Assembly: GCA_000437235.1 (NCBI GenBank)
Contig: FR897046.1
Location: 155,664 to 219,663 of the forward strand
Direction: 5' to 3'
DNA: 64,000 nt
Source: Coprobacillus sp. CAG:826
GTDB lineage: Bacteria; Bacillota_I; Bacilli_A; RFN20; CAG-826
In this document: one piece after another, positions 1-10,387 of the stretch
Numbering within the stretch: position 1 is the stretch's first letter
Layout: every line of letters begins with the position of its first letter
Program-made: the position numbers and the translations under genes
Notes under the pieces: model-generated
Told to the model about the DNA's origin: nothing
Databases searched by the model: none
What the model saw: the letters and a program-made list of their open reading frames with translations, nothing else

Positions 1-1328
1 ATGAGGGGTTGACACATTCCGCCTTGACATTTACCAAATCCCGTCCGTAAACGCTTTTTAACTCCTTTCATGGTGGTTGGATAAAAAGAACGTTGAAATA
101 AATCACGAATTTCTTGTTCACTCACCTTTTCGCAGCGGCAAATGATCTTACCATATAAAGGATTCTCTTTAATCATTTTTTGCGCTTTGTTACTTAAAAA
201 ATGAGGGAACTTTGGATATTTTCTTATTTTAGAGGAATAGTGTTCTTTTCTTTTCGGATGAAGAATTCTTTTCACCATACCTTCTACTTTTTTAGAAATC
301 ATCGGCGCACTGGCTAAACCTGGGGATTCAATACCCGCAAGTTCGATAAAATGAGGATTTTTTCGACTATGACGAATGATAAAATCATGGGTAGAAATGG
401 TAGGACGAACCCCAGCAAAAACGCGGATGGTTTCTTGAAAAGGAATATTCGGAATCATTTTTAAAGCTTGTTCACGAATCATCATTAACGTTTCATTATC
501 GGTACGGTTATCGTCTTCTGAACTTGGTTCACTCGATGGTCCAACTAAAAAATTCATCGAAGTCGTAGGTGAAATTAAAACACCTTTCCCTTTTTTAGAA
601 GGTAACGTAAATAAAGTGTGACGTAAGAAAAATGGATCAAAATGATCTAAAACAAAATATTCTCCCTTTCTAGGTGTCAAATGATAGCTAGGCTTTTCTA
701 AAAAGGAAGTGATTTGATACGCTCCCATTCCCGCAGCATTAATGACGACTTTTGCTTCATATTTTTGACGATTGGTAACTACTTGATATCCACCAAAAAT
801 CGGAAGAATATTCACTACTTCTTCACCAAGATGTAAATGCACGTTATGATCAATAGCGTGTTCCATTAAACGCGTACATAGTAAAAATGGATTAATAATA
901 CCAGCAGAAGGCGCTTCTAATGCGCCATAAACCGAAGAAGAGATGCTCGGTTCAAGTTCTAATACTTCTTCTTTGGTAAGTAAACGGACTATGACTCCGT
1001 TTTCTATTGCTCTTTGTTGTAATTTTTTTAATTCTTCCATTTCTTCATTAGAAAAAGCTAAAGTGAGTGAGCCAATACGAGAAAAAGGTATATCTAAGTC
1101 CTCGGTGACTTTGGTATACATTTCATTTCCTTTGACGTTATAATAGGCTTTTTTACTATGAGGAAGTGGGTCATAACCGGAATGGATAATGGCACTATTG
1201 GCCATAGAGGTTACATTTCCCACATCATCTTCTTTTTCAATGACATGAATGCTTAACTGATATTTACATAAATCATGAGCAATAAAAGAGCCAATGACTC
1301 CTGCTCCAATAATAATCACATCTTCCAT
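1..1328 (-). CDS. FAD-dependent oxidoreductase, glycerol-3-phosphate dehydrogenase/oxidase-like, with BFD-like Cys motif near the C-terminus. The C-terminus runs off the window edge.
   Basis: My own reverse-strand translation from the ATG at 1328-1326. It starts MEDVIIIGAGVIGSFIAHDL (Rossmann GxGxxG) and the last residues in the window are CRCEKVSEQEIRD...GKCQGGMCQ. It is absent from the ORF track because no stop lies inside the window. Confidence 0.75.
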   Translation of the reverse strand, partial: MEDVIIIGAGVIGSFIAHDLCKYQLSIHVIEKEDDVGNVTSMANSAIIHSGYDPLPHSKKAYYNVKGNEMYTKVTEDLDIPFSRIGSLTLAFSNEEMEELKKLQQRAIENGVIVRLLTKEEVLELEPSISSSVYGALEAPSAGIINPFLLCTRLMEHAIDHNVHLHLGEEVVNILPIFGGYQVVTNRQKYEAKVVINAAGMGAYQITSFLEKPSYHLTPRKGEYFVLDHFDPFFLRHTLFTLPSKKGKGVLISPTTSMNFLVGPSSEPSSEDDNRTDNETLMMIREQALKMIPNIPFQETIRVFAGVRPTISTHDFIIRHSRKNPHFIELAGIESPGLASAPMISKKVEGMVKRILHPKRKEHYSSKIRKYPKFPHFLSNKAQKMIKENPLYGKIICRCEKVSEQEIRDLFQRSFYPTTMKGVKKRLRTGFGKCQGGMCQPL

Positions 1329-1407
1329 TGTTGTTTCCTCTTTACTACTTATTAGTTTATCACGAAAAAAATAATAGTGCACTATAAAAGCGCACTATCT
1401 CATTTTT

Positions 1408-2274
1408 TTAAAGAAGTAAATTCATTTCTCTTTGAAATTCACTTGATAACTCTACTAATGGTAAACGAACATGCATGGATGGATATCCTTTTTGGCTTAA
1501 TAAATATTTAATCGGTATGGGATTCGTTTCTAATGATAATAATTCGGCTACAAGCTTTAAATAGTCATCGAGTAATAATGCGTGGTAACCTTCTTTATAA
1601 TCATCATAAAGTTGGCGCATTTCTTTTCCATATAGAATGCTCATCACTGAGATAATTCCATCTGCACCATGCGAAATAAAAGAATAAAATTCTCGATCTG
1701 ACCCGGCATAACATAAAAATTGTGGGAAGTTTTTCTTTAATAAAGATATGAAATTCACATCACTACTCGCTTCTTTAATACCAACGATGTTTTTCGTACT
1801 TTTTATTAATTTTCTTAATGTTGTAAATTCAATATGGCTATTGGTTCTTGAGGGTACATTATAAATAATAATAGGTCTTTTTGTATAACTTGCAGCTTCT
1901 TTAAAGAAAAGATAAATACCGCGTTGCGGTGGCAAATTATAATAAGGCACTACCATTAAATAACCATCGGGTTCTAAAGGATCAATTTGTTCCATTTCTT
2001 TTTTTAAATTCAATATTGAGTTTTGAGAAATAGAATAAATTACTTTTAGTTTTGTATGTGATTTTACATACTGAAAAAGTGCTAATTTCTCTTCTATGGA
2101 TAAGGAATGTCCTTCTCCTGTTGAACCCGCTACTACGATAGAATCATGTTTTGTTTCTTCCATTTGCTTGATGAGTTGACTTACACAAGCATAGTCAATT
2201 TCTCCTGACTCTAAAAAGGGCGTCACCATCGCCGAAATAAGCATACCAAACACGTTCAAATCCCCTCGCTTCAT
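1408..2274 (-). CDS. dapA: 4-hydroxy-tetrahydrodipicolinate synthase family (DapA/NanA-type class I aldolase)
   Basis: 288 aa. Motifs AMVTPF, GSTGEG, YNVPSRT, and the catalytic-Lys context VGIKEAS. Confidence 0.7.
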   Translation of the reverse strand: MKRGDLNVFGMLISAMVTPFLESGEIDYACVSQLIKQMEETKHDSIVVAGSTGEGHSLSIEEKLALFQYVKSHTKLKVIYSISQNSILNLKKEMEQIDPLEPDGYLMVVPYYNLPPQRGIYLFFKEAASYTKRPIIIYNVPSRTNSHIEFTTLRKLIKSTKNIVGIKEASSDVNFISLLKKNFPQFLCYAGSDREFYSFISHGADGIISVMSILYGKEMRQLYDDYKEGYHALLLDDYLKLVAELLSLETNPIPIKYLLSQKGYPSMHVRLPLVELSSEFQREMNLLL

Positions 2275-2420
2275 TATTAAGGTATGATAAACGCCTATAA
2301 GTCGTGCTATGTTTTTCTTTTTATTTTTTTAGAATATAAAACTATAATTCTACTAAAAACCAAATATTTTCTAATTATTTACTAATAAAAGTCTAGATAA
2401 GCACTTCACTTATCTACTTC

Positions 2421-3620
2421 TTATTTTAATAACCAATCAGAAATATCAACAATTTTTACGCCTTCATATTGATAATCATCATGTTTAGTTCTCGCTATTA
2501 CCATTTTGGGGTAAGCATCTTTAATTTGTAAAAGTGGGGTTACTTCTCTTTCAAAAGTTTTCTCATCACTAATGTTATCGGAAACTTGAATATATATTTT
2601 TTCATTTCTTTTTATCGCAACAAAATCGATTTCTTTTTTGTGTAAAACTCCAACATACACTTCATAACCTCTACGTAATAATTCTATAGCGACAATATTT
2701 TCAAGCATTCTTCCATAATCCATATTTTTCGTACCTAATTTTGCATAACGGAAAGTATGGTCACTTAAGTAGTATTTATCATTACTTGTAAGGTATTTCT
2801 TACCTTTTATGTCATATCGACGAACTCTATAAAAGGCAAAAGCATTGCATAGATATTGCATATAGGTACTAATGGTATTGTGATTTGTTTTTTCATTTGC
2901 ATTCGTAAGCGTATTAGCAATGCTTCTTGCTGAAGATAAATTCGATATATTATCCATTAAAAAATCAACAATTTTATCCATTAATTGGATGTTTTTAATT
3001 TTGTATTTTTTTCGGATATCTCTTACGATAAGGGTATCAAAAACTTCTTCAATATAATCGTATTTTGATTCTTGGTCTTTATAAAGATAGGACCCTGCCA
3101 TTCCGCCTTCCATCATGTATCGATCAAAAGCATCATACTTATCTTGAAGTTCAAAATATTGGACGTATTCGTTAAATGAAAAAGGATATACTTTAATCTC
3201 AAAAGTTCTTCCTGTAAACAAGGTGGCTAAATCTGAGCTTAAAAGAAAAGCATTGGATCCAGTAATATAAATATCAAATTTTTCGGTTGCATGAAGTCCA
3301 TTTATGGCTTTTTCAAAGCCGTTACACATTTGCACTTCATCAATAAAAACGAAATTATCTTTGTTTTCTTGATATTGTGAATTCACATAATCATATAATG
3401 CTTTATATTCAATAAGATGATCATATTCGGGTAAGTTGAAATTAATGTGAATCATATTAGCGTTTTCATTATTTTCTAGAATATATGATTTAAATGCTTC
3501 TAATAGTTTTGACTTTCCACTACGTCTTACACCTGTAATAACTTTAATATCTGGAGTTCCCATTACATTGATAAGTTTCTCTAAATATTGCTTTCTTTGG
3601 ATAAGTTTCATTTTAATCAC
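2421..3620 (-). CDS. AAA+ ATPase of the AAA_14 plus DUF4143 (COG1373-like) type, function unknown
   Basis: 399 aa. Walker A GVRRSGKSKL and Walker B VFIDEVQ. The C-terminal half has the usual DUF4143-like layout as I remember the family. Confidence 0.7.
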   Translation of the reverse strand: MIKMKLIQRKQYLEKLINVMGTPDIKVITGVRRSGKSKLLEAFKSYILENNENANMIHINFNLPEYDHLIEYKALYDYVNSQYQENKDNFVFIDEVQMCNGFEKAINGLHATEKFDIYITGSNAFLLSSDLATLFTGRTFEIKVYPFSFNEYVQYFELQDKYDAFDRYMMEGGMAGSYLYKDQESKYDYIEEVFDTLIVRDIRKKYKIKNIQLMDKIVDFLMDNISNLSSARSIANTLTNANEKTNHNTISTYMQYLCNAFAFYRVRRYDIKGKKYLTSNDKYYLSDHTFRYAKLGTKNMDYGRMLENIVAIELLRRGYEVYVGVLHKKEIDFVAIKRNEKIYIQVSDNISDEKTFEREVTPLLQIKDAYPKMVIARTKHDDYQYEGVKIVDISDWLLK

Positions 3621-3725
3621 CTCTCGACTATATTATACCACTTTCATTTACCAAAATTAACATTTTTTCAAAAATGGTAAATAGAAATGACTTTGCTTAT
3701 CTAATTTCTTATGTTCAAATAATCC

Positions 3726-3789
3726 AAATTCCCAAGATTGTTGAAAATAAATTCCCAAGATTGTTGAGTTTAAATTCCTAAGATTGTGA
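3726..3789. repeat. Three tandem direct repeats with 23-bp period (AAATTCCCAAGATTGTTGA)
   Basis: Copies at 3726-3744 and 3749-3767 are identical. The copy at 3772-3789 has one substitution and one deletion. A partial inverted copy TCTCAACAAC lies at 3801-3810. The array sits upstream of the ATPase gene start at 3620. Confidence 0.85.
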
Positions 3790-3811
3790 AATTTAAGAAG
3801 TCTCAACAACT

Positions 3812-3839
3812 AAAAAAGTGATGAAATTACTCACCACTT
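3812..3839 (-). terminator. Rho-independent terminator candidate after the 3867-4232 ORF
   Basis: 9-bp stem AAGTGGTGA/TCATCACTT (one G-U pair) followed by a T-run on the minus strand. Confidence 0.5.
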
Positions 3840-3866
3840 TTACGTTATTTATTGAGTATGAAGTTT

Positions 3867-4232
3867 TTAATTCTTCTTTTCTCCAATATAGGAAGTAATA
3901 ACAATTCCTAATAATGAGAAACAAGTAAAATCAATCATGTATTTTAAAAATTGTAAACTATAATCTAATTCATCCATTTTAAAAAAGTTAGATAGAATGC
4001 TAGATAATGTAAAAGAAACATCATCTGCCGGCACTAAACTTCCGACCATTCCACAATAACAACCGACATAGAAAACAACAAAGGAAAGCATTAAAACTTC
4101 AAATAAAGAAATAATGGCTAAAAGGCATCTTTTAGAAAATCTTAAATTGGATTTCTTATTTTTACCACTAATGACAGCTAATACGAAAGATAATATGATT
4201 CCAATGGTTCTAGATATAATGCGTACAAACAA
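3867..4232 (-). CDS. Small hydrophobic membrane protein, hypothetical
   Basis: 121 aa with 3-4 hydrophobic helices. TTG start. The reading frame stays open about 130 nt further upstream without any start codon, so this may be a remnant of a longer gene. Confidence 0.4.
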   Translation of the reverse strand: MFVRIISRTIGIILSFVLAVISGKNKKSNLRFSKRCLLAIISLFEVLMLSFVVFYVGCYCGMVGSLVPADDVSFTLSSILSNFFKMDELDYSLQFLKYMIDFTCFSLLGIVITSYIGEKKN

Positions 4233-4453
4233 AATGTAATATAGTGTTGTTATATTTCCTAAGCCACATTGAATCCATATGTTGGATAAAACTGATAATA
4301 GACAAGTGAAAATGTGAACTGCACGATTTTTGCGATTTTTTGCACAAAAAAATAACTTTTTTGCTCACTAAAAAACAAAAAAGTAGACAGTATCAATAAG
4401 AATGTAGACACTTAGCGTATGAAAGTAAAATTATGTTGATTTAAAAATTTGCA

Positions 4454-4490
4454 TAAAAAAAGAACGACTAGATTTTCTTCTAATCGTTCT
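4454..4490 (-). terminator. Rho-independent terminator of pnp
   Basis: Stem AGAACGA...TCGTTCT, extended by 3 more pairs, followed by TTTTTTT on the minus strand, directly after the pnp stop. Confidence 0.7.
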
Positions 4491-4498
4491 TAGTTTTA

Positions 4499-6679
4499 CT
4501 ATTTATCTTCTTTTGCAGGCTCTTCTTTTTTGCCTTCGGTTTCGTCTTTCTTTTTCATTTCTGGACGAGGCTCAAATTCTTTATGAGATAAGTTAATTCT
4601 ACCCTTTTCATCGATTTCGGTAACGATGACTTTTAATTTTTGTCCTAATTTCACAAAATCTTTTGGATGTTCAACTCTCTTCCAAGAAAGTTTAGAGACG
4701 TGTACCATGCCATCAACATTACCAAATAGGTTAACGAAGCAACCGAATGGTTCAATACGGACAACCGTACCTTCATAGACTTCACCAACTTTGGCTTCTC
4801 TTACGATATCTTCAATCATTTGAACGGCTTTATTAATTGCTTCACGGTCCATATGATAAATGATAACACGGCCATCTTGTTCGATATCAATCTTCACGTT
4901 ATCACATTGTGCGATAATATCGTTAATGACTTTACCGCCAGTACCGATAACATCACGGATCTTATCGACATCAATACGCATTTGATGGAGTTTTGGTGCA
5001 TATTTACCAACATCTTCTCTTGGTGCTGGAATAGCTTTTAACATAACGGATAAGATTTGTTGACGGGCACCATGTGCTTGCGCTAAAGCTTCACGTAAGA
5101 CTTCTTTGGTAACACCTTTAATCTTAATATCCATTTGTAATGCGGTAATACCTTCAGTAGTACCGGCAACTTTAAAGTCCATATCACCATAGTGATCTTC
5201 CATACCTTGGATATCGGTTAAAATGGTATATGGATGTTTTCCGTCTAATGGTCCACTGCTAATTAAACCCATAGCAATACCGGCAACTGGTGCTTTAATT
5301 GGGACACCAGCGGCCATTAAGGCCATACAGGAAGCACAGATGGAGGCTTGAGAGGAAGAACCATTGGATTCTACTACTTCGGCCACACAACGAATGGTAT
5401 ATGGGAATTCTTCTTCGGATGGAATGACATAAGATAATGCTCTTTCACCTAAAGCACCATGACCGATTTCACGACGACCTGGAGAGCCCATTTTGCCTAC
5501 TTCACCAACGGAGAATGGTGGGAAGTTATAATGGTGCATCCAGCGTTTAGAATCTTCATCGGTTAAGTTATCAATAATTTGTTCATCGGTGGTTGGACCT
5601 AAAGTACAAATAGAAATAACTTGCGTTTGTCCACGGGTGAACATAGCGGAGCCATGAACACGTGGTAATAAATCGACTTGGGCATCAAGAGGACGAATTT
5701 CATCGACTTTACGGCCATCTGGACGGACTTTATCTTCGGTGATTAAGCGACGCACTTCTTCCGCTACGATGGTTTCAAGTACATCATGGACTTGCATCAT
5801 GGTTTTGGCGCGTTCTTTATCATCTTTGTATGTTGCGTTTTCATATTTTTCGCATACTTCTAAGTCGATTGCGTCAATGGCGGCATATCTTTCTAATTTA
5901 TCAACGATAGAAACGGCTTTGATTAAACGATCTTGGGCTTGGTCGCGAATGGCTTTTTCTAAGTCAGCATCGACGCTATAAAGATCGACAGAGCGTTTTT
6001 CTTTACCGATTTCTTTAATGATTTCTTCTTGGAAAGCACAGAGTTTCTTAATGGCTTCATGACCAAACATGATGGCATCAAGCATATCTTCTTCTTTCAC
6101 TTCTGCGGCACCTGCTTCAACCATGTTAATGGCATCTTTGGTACCAGCAACAGCTAAGTTAATATCACTCTTTTCTTTTTCTTCTACAGTTGGGTTAATG
6201 ATGAATTTACCATCAACACGACCGACATAAACACCAGCGATAGGACCATCAAATGGAATATCACTAATGCCAAGAGCTAAAGAGCTACCAAACATAGCGG
6301 TCATTTCTGGAGTACTATCTAAATCGACAGACATCACTGTATTGACGATTTGTACTTCATTTCTAAATCCTTCCGAGAACATCGGACGAATAGGACGATC
6401 GATTAAACGAGCGGTGAGGGTTGCATGTTCACCAGGGCGTCCTTCCCTTCTTAAAAAACTACCCGGAATTTTTCCCACAGCATATTGCTTTTCGTTATAT
6501 AAAACGGTGAGGGGGAAGAAGTCCGCGTCTTTGGCCTGATCAGATGCACAGGCCGTGGATAAAACTACGGTATCATTCAAGCGAACAAGCACAGCGCCAT
6601 CGGCTTGCTTAGCAATTTCGCCTGATTCAACGATCAGTTTTTTCCCTTCGAAGTCTAGTTCAAAAACTTTTTTAGACAT
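4499..6679 (-). CDS. pnp: Polyribonucleotide nucleotidyltransferase (PNPase)
   Basis: Two RNase PH domains, KH and S1 ([18 protein letters not shown]). The likely true start is [10 protein letters not shown] at 6679, which has an upstream GGAAAAG RBS. The ORF track start at 6736 is probably too long. Confidence 0.95.
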   Translation of the reverse strand: MSKKVFELDFEGKKLIVESGEIAKQADGAVLVRLNDTVVLSTACASDQAKDADFFPLTVLYNEKQYAVGKIPGSFLRREGRPGEHATLTARLIDRPIRPMFSEGFRNEVQIVNTVMSVDLDSTPEMTAMFGSSLALGISDIPFDGPIAGVYVGRVDGKFIINPTVEEKEKSDINLAVAGTKDAINMVEAGAAEVKEEDMLDAIMFGHEAIKKLCAFQEEIIKEIGKEKRSVDLYSVDADLEKAIRDQAQDRLIKAVSIVDKLERYAAIDAIDLEVCEKYENATYKDDKERAKTMMQVHDVLETIVAEEVRRLITEDKVRPDGRKVDEIRPLDAQVDLLPRVHGSAMFTRGQTQVISICTLGPTTDEQIIDNLTDEDSKRWMHHYNFPPFSVGEVGKMGSPGRREIGHGALGERALSYVIPSEEEFPYTIRCVAEVVESNGSSSQASICASCMALMAAGVPIKAPVAGIAMGLISSGPLDGKHPYTILTDIQGMEDHYGDMDFKVAGTTEGITALQMDIKIKGVTKEVLREALAQAHGARQQILSVMLKAIPAPREDVGKYAPKLHQMRIDVDKIRDVIGTGGKVINDIIAQCDNVKIDIEQDGRVIIYHMDREAINKAVQMIEDIVREAKVGEVYEGTVVRIEPFGCFVNLFGNVDGMVHVSKLSWKRVEHPKDFVKLGQKLKVIVTEIDEKGRINLSHKEFEPRPEMKKKDETEGKKEEPAKEDK

Positions 6680-6767
6680 ATTCTTTTCCTTTCTTTTATT
6701 AACTCCGTTATTATAACACACTTTTTTCTTTCTCATATACTATTTTAGAAACTTTATGGAGGTAATT

Positions 6768-7538
6768 ATGGGGAAAACAATTTTGTATGCCTTCTTAGGC
6801 ACCTTATTCTGCTTTATCATGACCACTTTAGGGAGTGCGGTTGTCTTTTTAAGCAAAGAAAAGAAGAAAGAAAAAATGCAATCTTTAATGATTGGTTTAT
6901 CTTCTGGTGTCATGTTAGCGGCTTCTATTTGGTCGTTATTATTACCTTCTTTAGATTACGCTTATTTACAAAAAAACCTTCGTTTTATCTATACCATTGT
7001 AGGTCTTATACTTGGTTATCTCCTTCTTGCAGTCATTGATTATTTTGCTCCAGAATGTGTAGAAGAAGAAAACTATAAAAAAAAGAACCGATTACTTTTT
7101 TTATCGATTACTATTCATAATATTCCTGAAGGAATGGCCGTAGGTTTATCCATTGCACTATCCTTATTAAGCGATAATGTGATTACTTTTGTGGGCGCTA
7201 TGATGCTAGCGGTTGGGGTCGGTATACAAAACTTTCCCGAAGGCTCTAGTGTATCCTTACCTTACTATCATCAAGGCTATTCAAAAAAGAAAGCTTTTCT
7301 CTATGGTATGTTTTCAGGTATTGTTGAACCAATCTTTGGCGTTTTAGTCGTCTTTATTGTTCAACCCATGACACAAATTATGCCACTTCTTCTTTCTTTT
7401 GCCGCGGGAACAATGATCTATGTTGTAGTTAAAGAATTAATTCCTGAAGCATATAACGAAGGAAAGTTTTCTTTAAGTACATTAGGATTTATGTTAGGGT
7501 TTCTTATTATGATGAGTTTAGATGTGTTATTAGGATAA
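6768..7538 (+). CDS. ZIP-family divalent metal (zinc) transporter
   Basis: Polytopic protein with HNIPEGMAVG and QNFPEGS motifs typical of ZupT/GufA. The start at 6768 is preferred because GGAGG lies 6 nt upstream. Confidence 0.8.
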   Translation: MGKTILYAFLGTLFCFIMTTLGSAVVFLSKEKKKEKMQSLMIGLSSGVMLAASIWSLLLPSLDYAYLQKNLRFIYTIVGLILGYLLLAVIDYFAPECVEEENYKKKNRLLFLSITIHNIPEGMAVGLSIALSLLSDNVITFVGAMMLAVGVGIQNFPEGSSVSLPYYHQGYSKKKAFLYGMFSGIVEPIFGVLVVFIVQPMTQIMPLLLSFAAGTMIYVVVKELIPEAYNEGKFSLSTLGFMLGFLIMMSLDVLLG

Positions 7539-7565
7539 AAAAGAACACCCTAAGAAGGGTGTTCT
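7537..7565 (-). terminator. Rho-independent terminator of rpsO
   Basis: 9-bp stem AGAACACCC/GGGTGTTCT followed by a T-run on the minus strand. Confidence 0.7.
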
Positions 7566-7578
7566 AGTACTTATGAAA

Positions 7579-7848
7579 TTACTTACGGATTCCCAATGAA
7601 TTGATAAGTTTCACATAAGCTTCGTGGTCTTTACCATCTAAATAGTCAAGAAGTCCACGTCTTTTACCGACGAGTTTGAATAAACCACGACGGCTGTGAT
7701 GATCGTGAGAATGCATCTTTAAGTGTGCAGTCAAATCAGTAATTTGGGCAGTTAATAAAGCGATTTGAACTTCGGTTGAACCGGTATCGTTTTCATCTTT
7801 GCCGTACTTTTTGACAATCTCAGCGACTCTATCTTTTGAAAGTGCCAT
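7579..7848 (-). CDS. rpsO: 30S ribosomal protein S15
   Basis: 89 aa. [11 protein letters not shown]...[15 protein letters not shown] is the canonical S15 sequence. Confidence 0.95.
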   Translation of the reverse strand: MALSKDRVAEIVKKYGKDENDTGSTEVQIALLTAQITDLTAHLKMHSHDHHSRRGLFKLVGKRRGLLDYLDGKDHEAYVKLINSLGIRK

Positions 7849-8185
7849 TTATTTATCCTCCTATAGCAATGATTACAGCTTATTCATAGAAAAACGTTGG
7901 AGATTCGTTAATCAAAGAATAAGTCTATTAGTATAATAAAGAAATCGGGGTGAAAAAGCAAGTATTTTTTGCTTTAAAATTCTTATTCTCATTGTGGTTA
8001 CTTCATACCATAAAAGTAATTATTAATTTCATAATAAACTTGTTTATTTTTAGGTAAAAGCATATAAAGAATTTTCTCATATCCAGTTAAAAAATTTCTC
8101 GTAACCATAAAAATTGTTATAGTTACAAGAAATAATTTAACCTATTGAACTATCTAAAATCTAAATATGAAACAAATGTTTTTTC

Positions 8186-8491
8186 TTATTTTACTTCATC
8201 CCATTTAGTTAGATCAAAACGGGAATGAGGACGATAGACTTTTATGCCTCGTTCAGTTCTTACATGAAGATAAGGAGTAAATTCTTTTATTCTAACGGAT
8301 AAAGCTAGTGGATGATCACGTATTAATTTATATAACTTCACCGGTTCTTTTTCATTCGGTATCGGTAAATCAATCACTTTTTTACCAATTTGCATTCGGT
8401 TATTGCGGTGATGATTTACTTGTATACAACCACAAAAATTACACACTACTTGTTCATTTGGAATATATTTTCCACAGTATTTGCAGCGCAT
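8186..8491 (-). CDS. Hypothetical protein with N-terminal zinc ribbon
   Basis: 101 aa. CKYC...CNFCGC at the N-terminus. No other recognisable motif. Confidence 0.5.
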   Translation of the reverse strand: MRCKYCGKYIPNEQVVCNFCGCIQVNHHRNNRMQIGKKVIDLPIPNEKEPVKLYKLIRDHPLALSVRIKEFTPYLHVRTERGIKVYRPHSRFDLTKWDEVK

Positions 8492-8585
8492 AAAGCCTCA
8501 TCTCCTTTTGAATATATCTACTTTTATTATACTAAAATTCTAATTAAAAAGCACAAATCCTATGTGATTTAACTTTTTATTAGAA

Positions 8586-9485
8586 CTAAAAGTATTTCTT
8601 TAGTTCTTTTCTTGTAGTAACTAAGTCTTTTTGAAGTTGTTCTTTTAATTCTTCTAAAGAAGCAAACTTCTTTTCATCACGAATAAAAGAAACAATTTCT
8701 ATTTCTATGTTTTCTAAATAAATATCTTCATCAAAGTCTAAAATATGAACTTCAATTAAAGGATGTTTTAAAGGTTCAATAGTGGGGTGAACGCCTACAT
8801 TTATCATACTCATGTATTTTTTTTGATGAACGTACGCTAAAGCGGTATAAACACCATTTTTAGGAAGAAAATAAGGACACGCCAAATGCATATTCGCGGT
8901 TTTAAAGCCGATAGTTCTCCCGTTTTGATATCCCTTTACTACTTCACCTTTTAAATGGTAAAAGCGGCCTAAAACGTGCGTTAAATCGCTAATATCACCA
9001 TTATTTAAATCTTCAATTAATCTAGAAGTCGATAATTTTCCTTTTTTATCTTTTAATAAAGGGACAACTGTCGTAGAAAAACTTTGCTTTAATAAATCTA
9101 CATTTCCTTTTGCTTCTTTACCAAAGGTATAATCTTCACCCACAATAAGATATTGAGGTGCGAAAGTTTTTAAATACTTTTCGATAAATTCTAAAGGAGT
9201 TAGGTTAAAGAAATCCGCATCCACTTTTTGAATGAATAAGTATTCTACGCCTAATTCTTCAAGTAATTGATTTCTAGTTTCATCATCTAAGAATTTTCTT
9301 TCTTCTAGATGTAAGAACCATTGTTTAGGTGATAGATTAAACGTATAAATTGCGATAGGAAGACCAAATTCTTTCGCTTTTTTTATGAGCACCTGATGAC
9401 CTAAATGAAAGCCATCAAAAAAACCTAAGCATAAAACAAAAGGTTTTTGAATTGAAATCGGTTCTTTGAATTCTATGATTTTCAT
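8586..9485 (-). CDS. ribF: Bifunctional riboflavin kinase / FMN adenylyltransferase
   Basis: GFFDGFHLGHQ nucleotidyltransferase motif and a C-terminal riboflavin-kinase domain (GFKTANM, PLIEVHILDF). The ATG at 9485 abuts the truB stop, so the TTG at 9527 is less likely. Confidence 0.9.
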   Translation of the reverse strand: MKIIEFKEPISIQKPFVLCLGFFDGFHLGHQVLIKKAKEFGLPIAIYTFNLSPKQWFLHLEERKFLDDETRNQLLEELGVEYLFIQKVDADFFNLTPLEFIEKYLKTFAPQYLIVGEDYTFGKEAKGNVDLLKQSFSTTVVPLLKDKKGKLSTSRLIEDLNNGDISDLTHVLGRFYHLKGEVVKGYQNGRTIGFKTANMHLACPYFLPKNGVYTALAYVHQKKYMSMINVGVHPTIEPLKHPLIEVHILDFDEDIYLENIEIEIVSFIRDEKKFASLEELKEQLQKDLVTTRKELKKYF

Positions 9486-9486
9486 T

Positions 9487-10332
9487 TTAAAAAAGTCCTC
9501 TTTTAACTTTATACGTGTGTTTTTCAACTTTTTCTAAAATGGATAACACTTCTCCATTTTCATCAAGGGTAAGAAGAATATCTTCTTTTCTTAATAAACG
9601 AATGGTTTTTCCGTTAATAATATCTTTTTTAGTCGCTTCATCCACGACTTCAGTAGGAAGAAAAGATAAAGCTTCTTTTATTGAAATAAAATCTGATGCT
9701 TCTATTTCTTTTACTTTTTTAGCGTCAAAAATAGAAACCTCTCCTATTTTAGTTCTTCGTAAAGACGTTAAATGTCCGCAGGTAGATAAATCATGAGCAA
9801 TATCTTGCCCTAATTGACGAATATAAGTTCCTTTTGAACAATGCACCGAAAAAGAAAGCTGATGGTCCACATAAGACATAAAATGGATATCATGAATGGT
9901 AATCTTTCGACTGATTTCTGGTGTCTTTTCATTTGCAAAGGCATAACGATATAATGCCTTCCCTTTATATTTTACCGCAGAATACTTCGGTACCACTTGT
10001 TCGATGGTTCCTTTAAAGGTATGAAGTGTTTCTTCTATCGCTTCTAAAGATAAATCAGGAACTTCTTTTTCTAATACGACTTCTCCTTCTAAATCTAAGG
10101 TATCCGTATCCGCACCTAATAAAAGTGTGGCTTCATATTCTTTTTCTTGCGCTTCTAAATAAGGGGCAATTTTGGTTGCTTTTCCAACTAAAACGATTAA
10201 TAATCCAGTCGCAAAAGGATCCAAAGTTCCGACATGTCCGACCTTTTTCGTTTGAAATTGATGAGAGATAAAATTGACCACATCACGAGAGGTCCAACCT
10301 TTTTCTTTGTCAATGAATAAAATTCCATCCAT
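9487..10332 (-). CDS. truB: tRNA pseudouridine(55) synthase
   Basis: GHVGTLDPFATGLL catalytic-Asp motif. The start MDGILFIDKEKGWTS at 10332 has GGAGG upstream. Confidence 0.9.
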   Translation of the reverse strand: MDGILFIDKEKGWTSRDVVNFISHQFQTKKVGHVGTLDPFATGLLIVLVGKATKIAPYLEAQEKEYEATLLLGADTDTLDLEGEVVLEKEVPDLSLEAIEETLHTFKGTIEQVVPKYSAVKYKGKALYRYAFANEKTPEISRKITIHDIHFMSYVDHQLSFSVHCSKGTYIRQLGQDIAHDLSTCGHLTSLRRTKIGEVSIFDAKKVKEIEASDFISIKEALSFLPTEVVDEATKKDIINGKTIRLLRKEDILLTLDENGEVLSILEKVEKHTYKVKRGLF

Positions 10333-10387
10333 TTTTTGTTTTCCTCCCTCTTGTTTCATATTATAATGTTAACGAGAAAAAAAAGGA

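Noticed and set aside
2275-2420. Possible lysine riboswitch (L-box) upstream of dapA
   Set aside because: The spacer is only about 145 nt and very AT-rich. It has none of the conserved G/C-rich L-box helices that I could find.
3726-3789. Possible mini-CRISPR array
   Set aside because: There are only three copies. The repeats are effectively contiguous (23-bp period with 4-nt gaps), so there are no spacers. No cas genes occur in the window.
4820-6539. Three + strand ORFs (4820-5041, 5739-5981, 6267-6539) inside pnp. Similar antisense ORFs lie inside infB, nusA, oppA/C/D/F, typA, mtaD, the D-aminoacylase-like gene, potA/potC and the ABC gene.
   Set aside because: All are embedded antisense, or out of frame, within long ORFs that carry strong conserved motifs. 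None has an RBS or a recognisable motif.
7995-8108. 37-aa minus-strand small ORF (MVTRNFLTGYEKILYMLLPKNKQVYYEINNYFYGMK) in the gap upstream of rpsO
   Set aside because: It has no convincing RBS, it is very AT-rich, and it cannot be separated from chance without conservation or Ribo-seq data.
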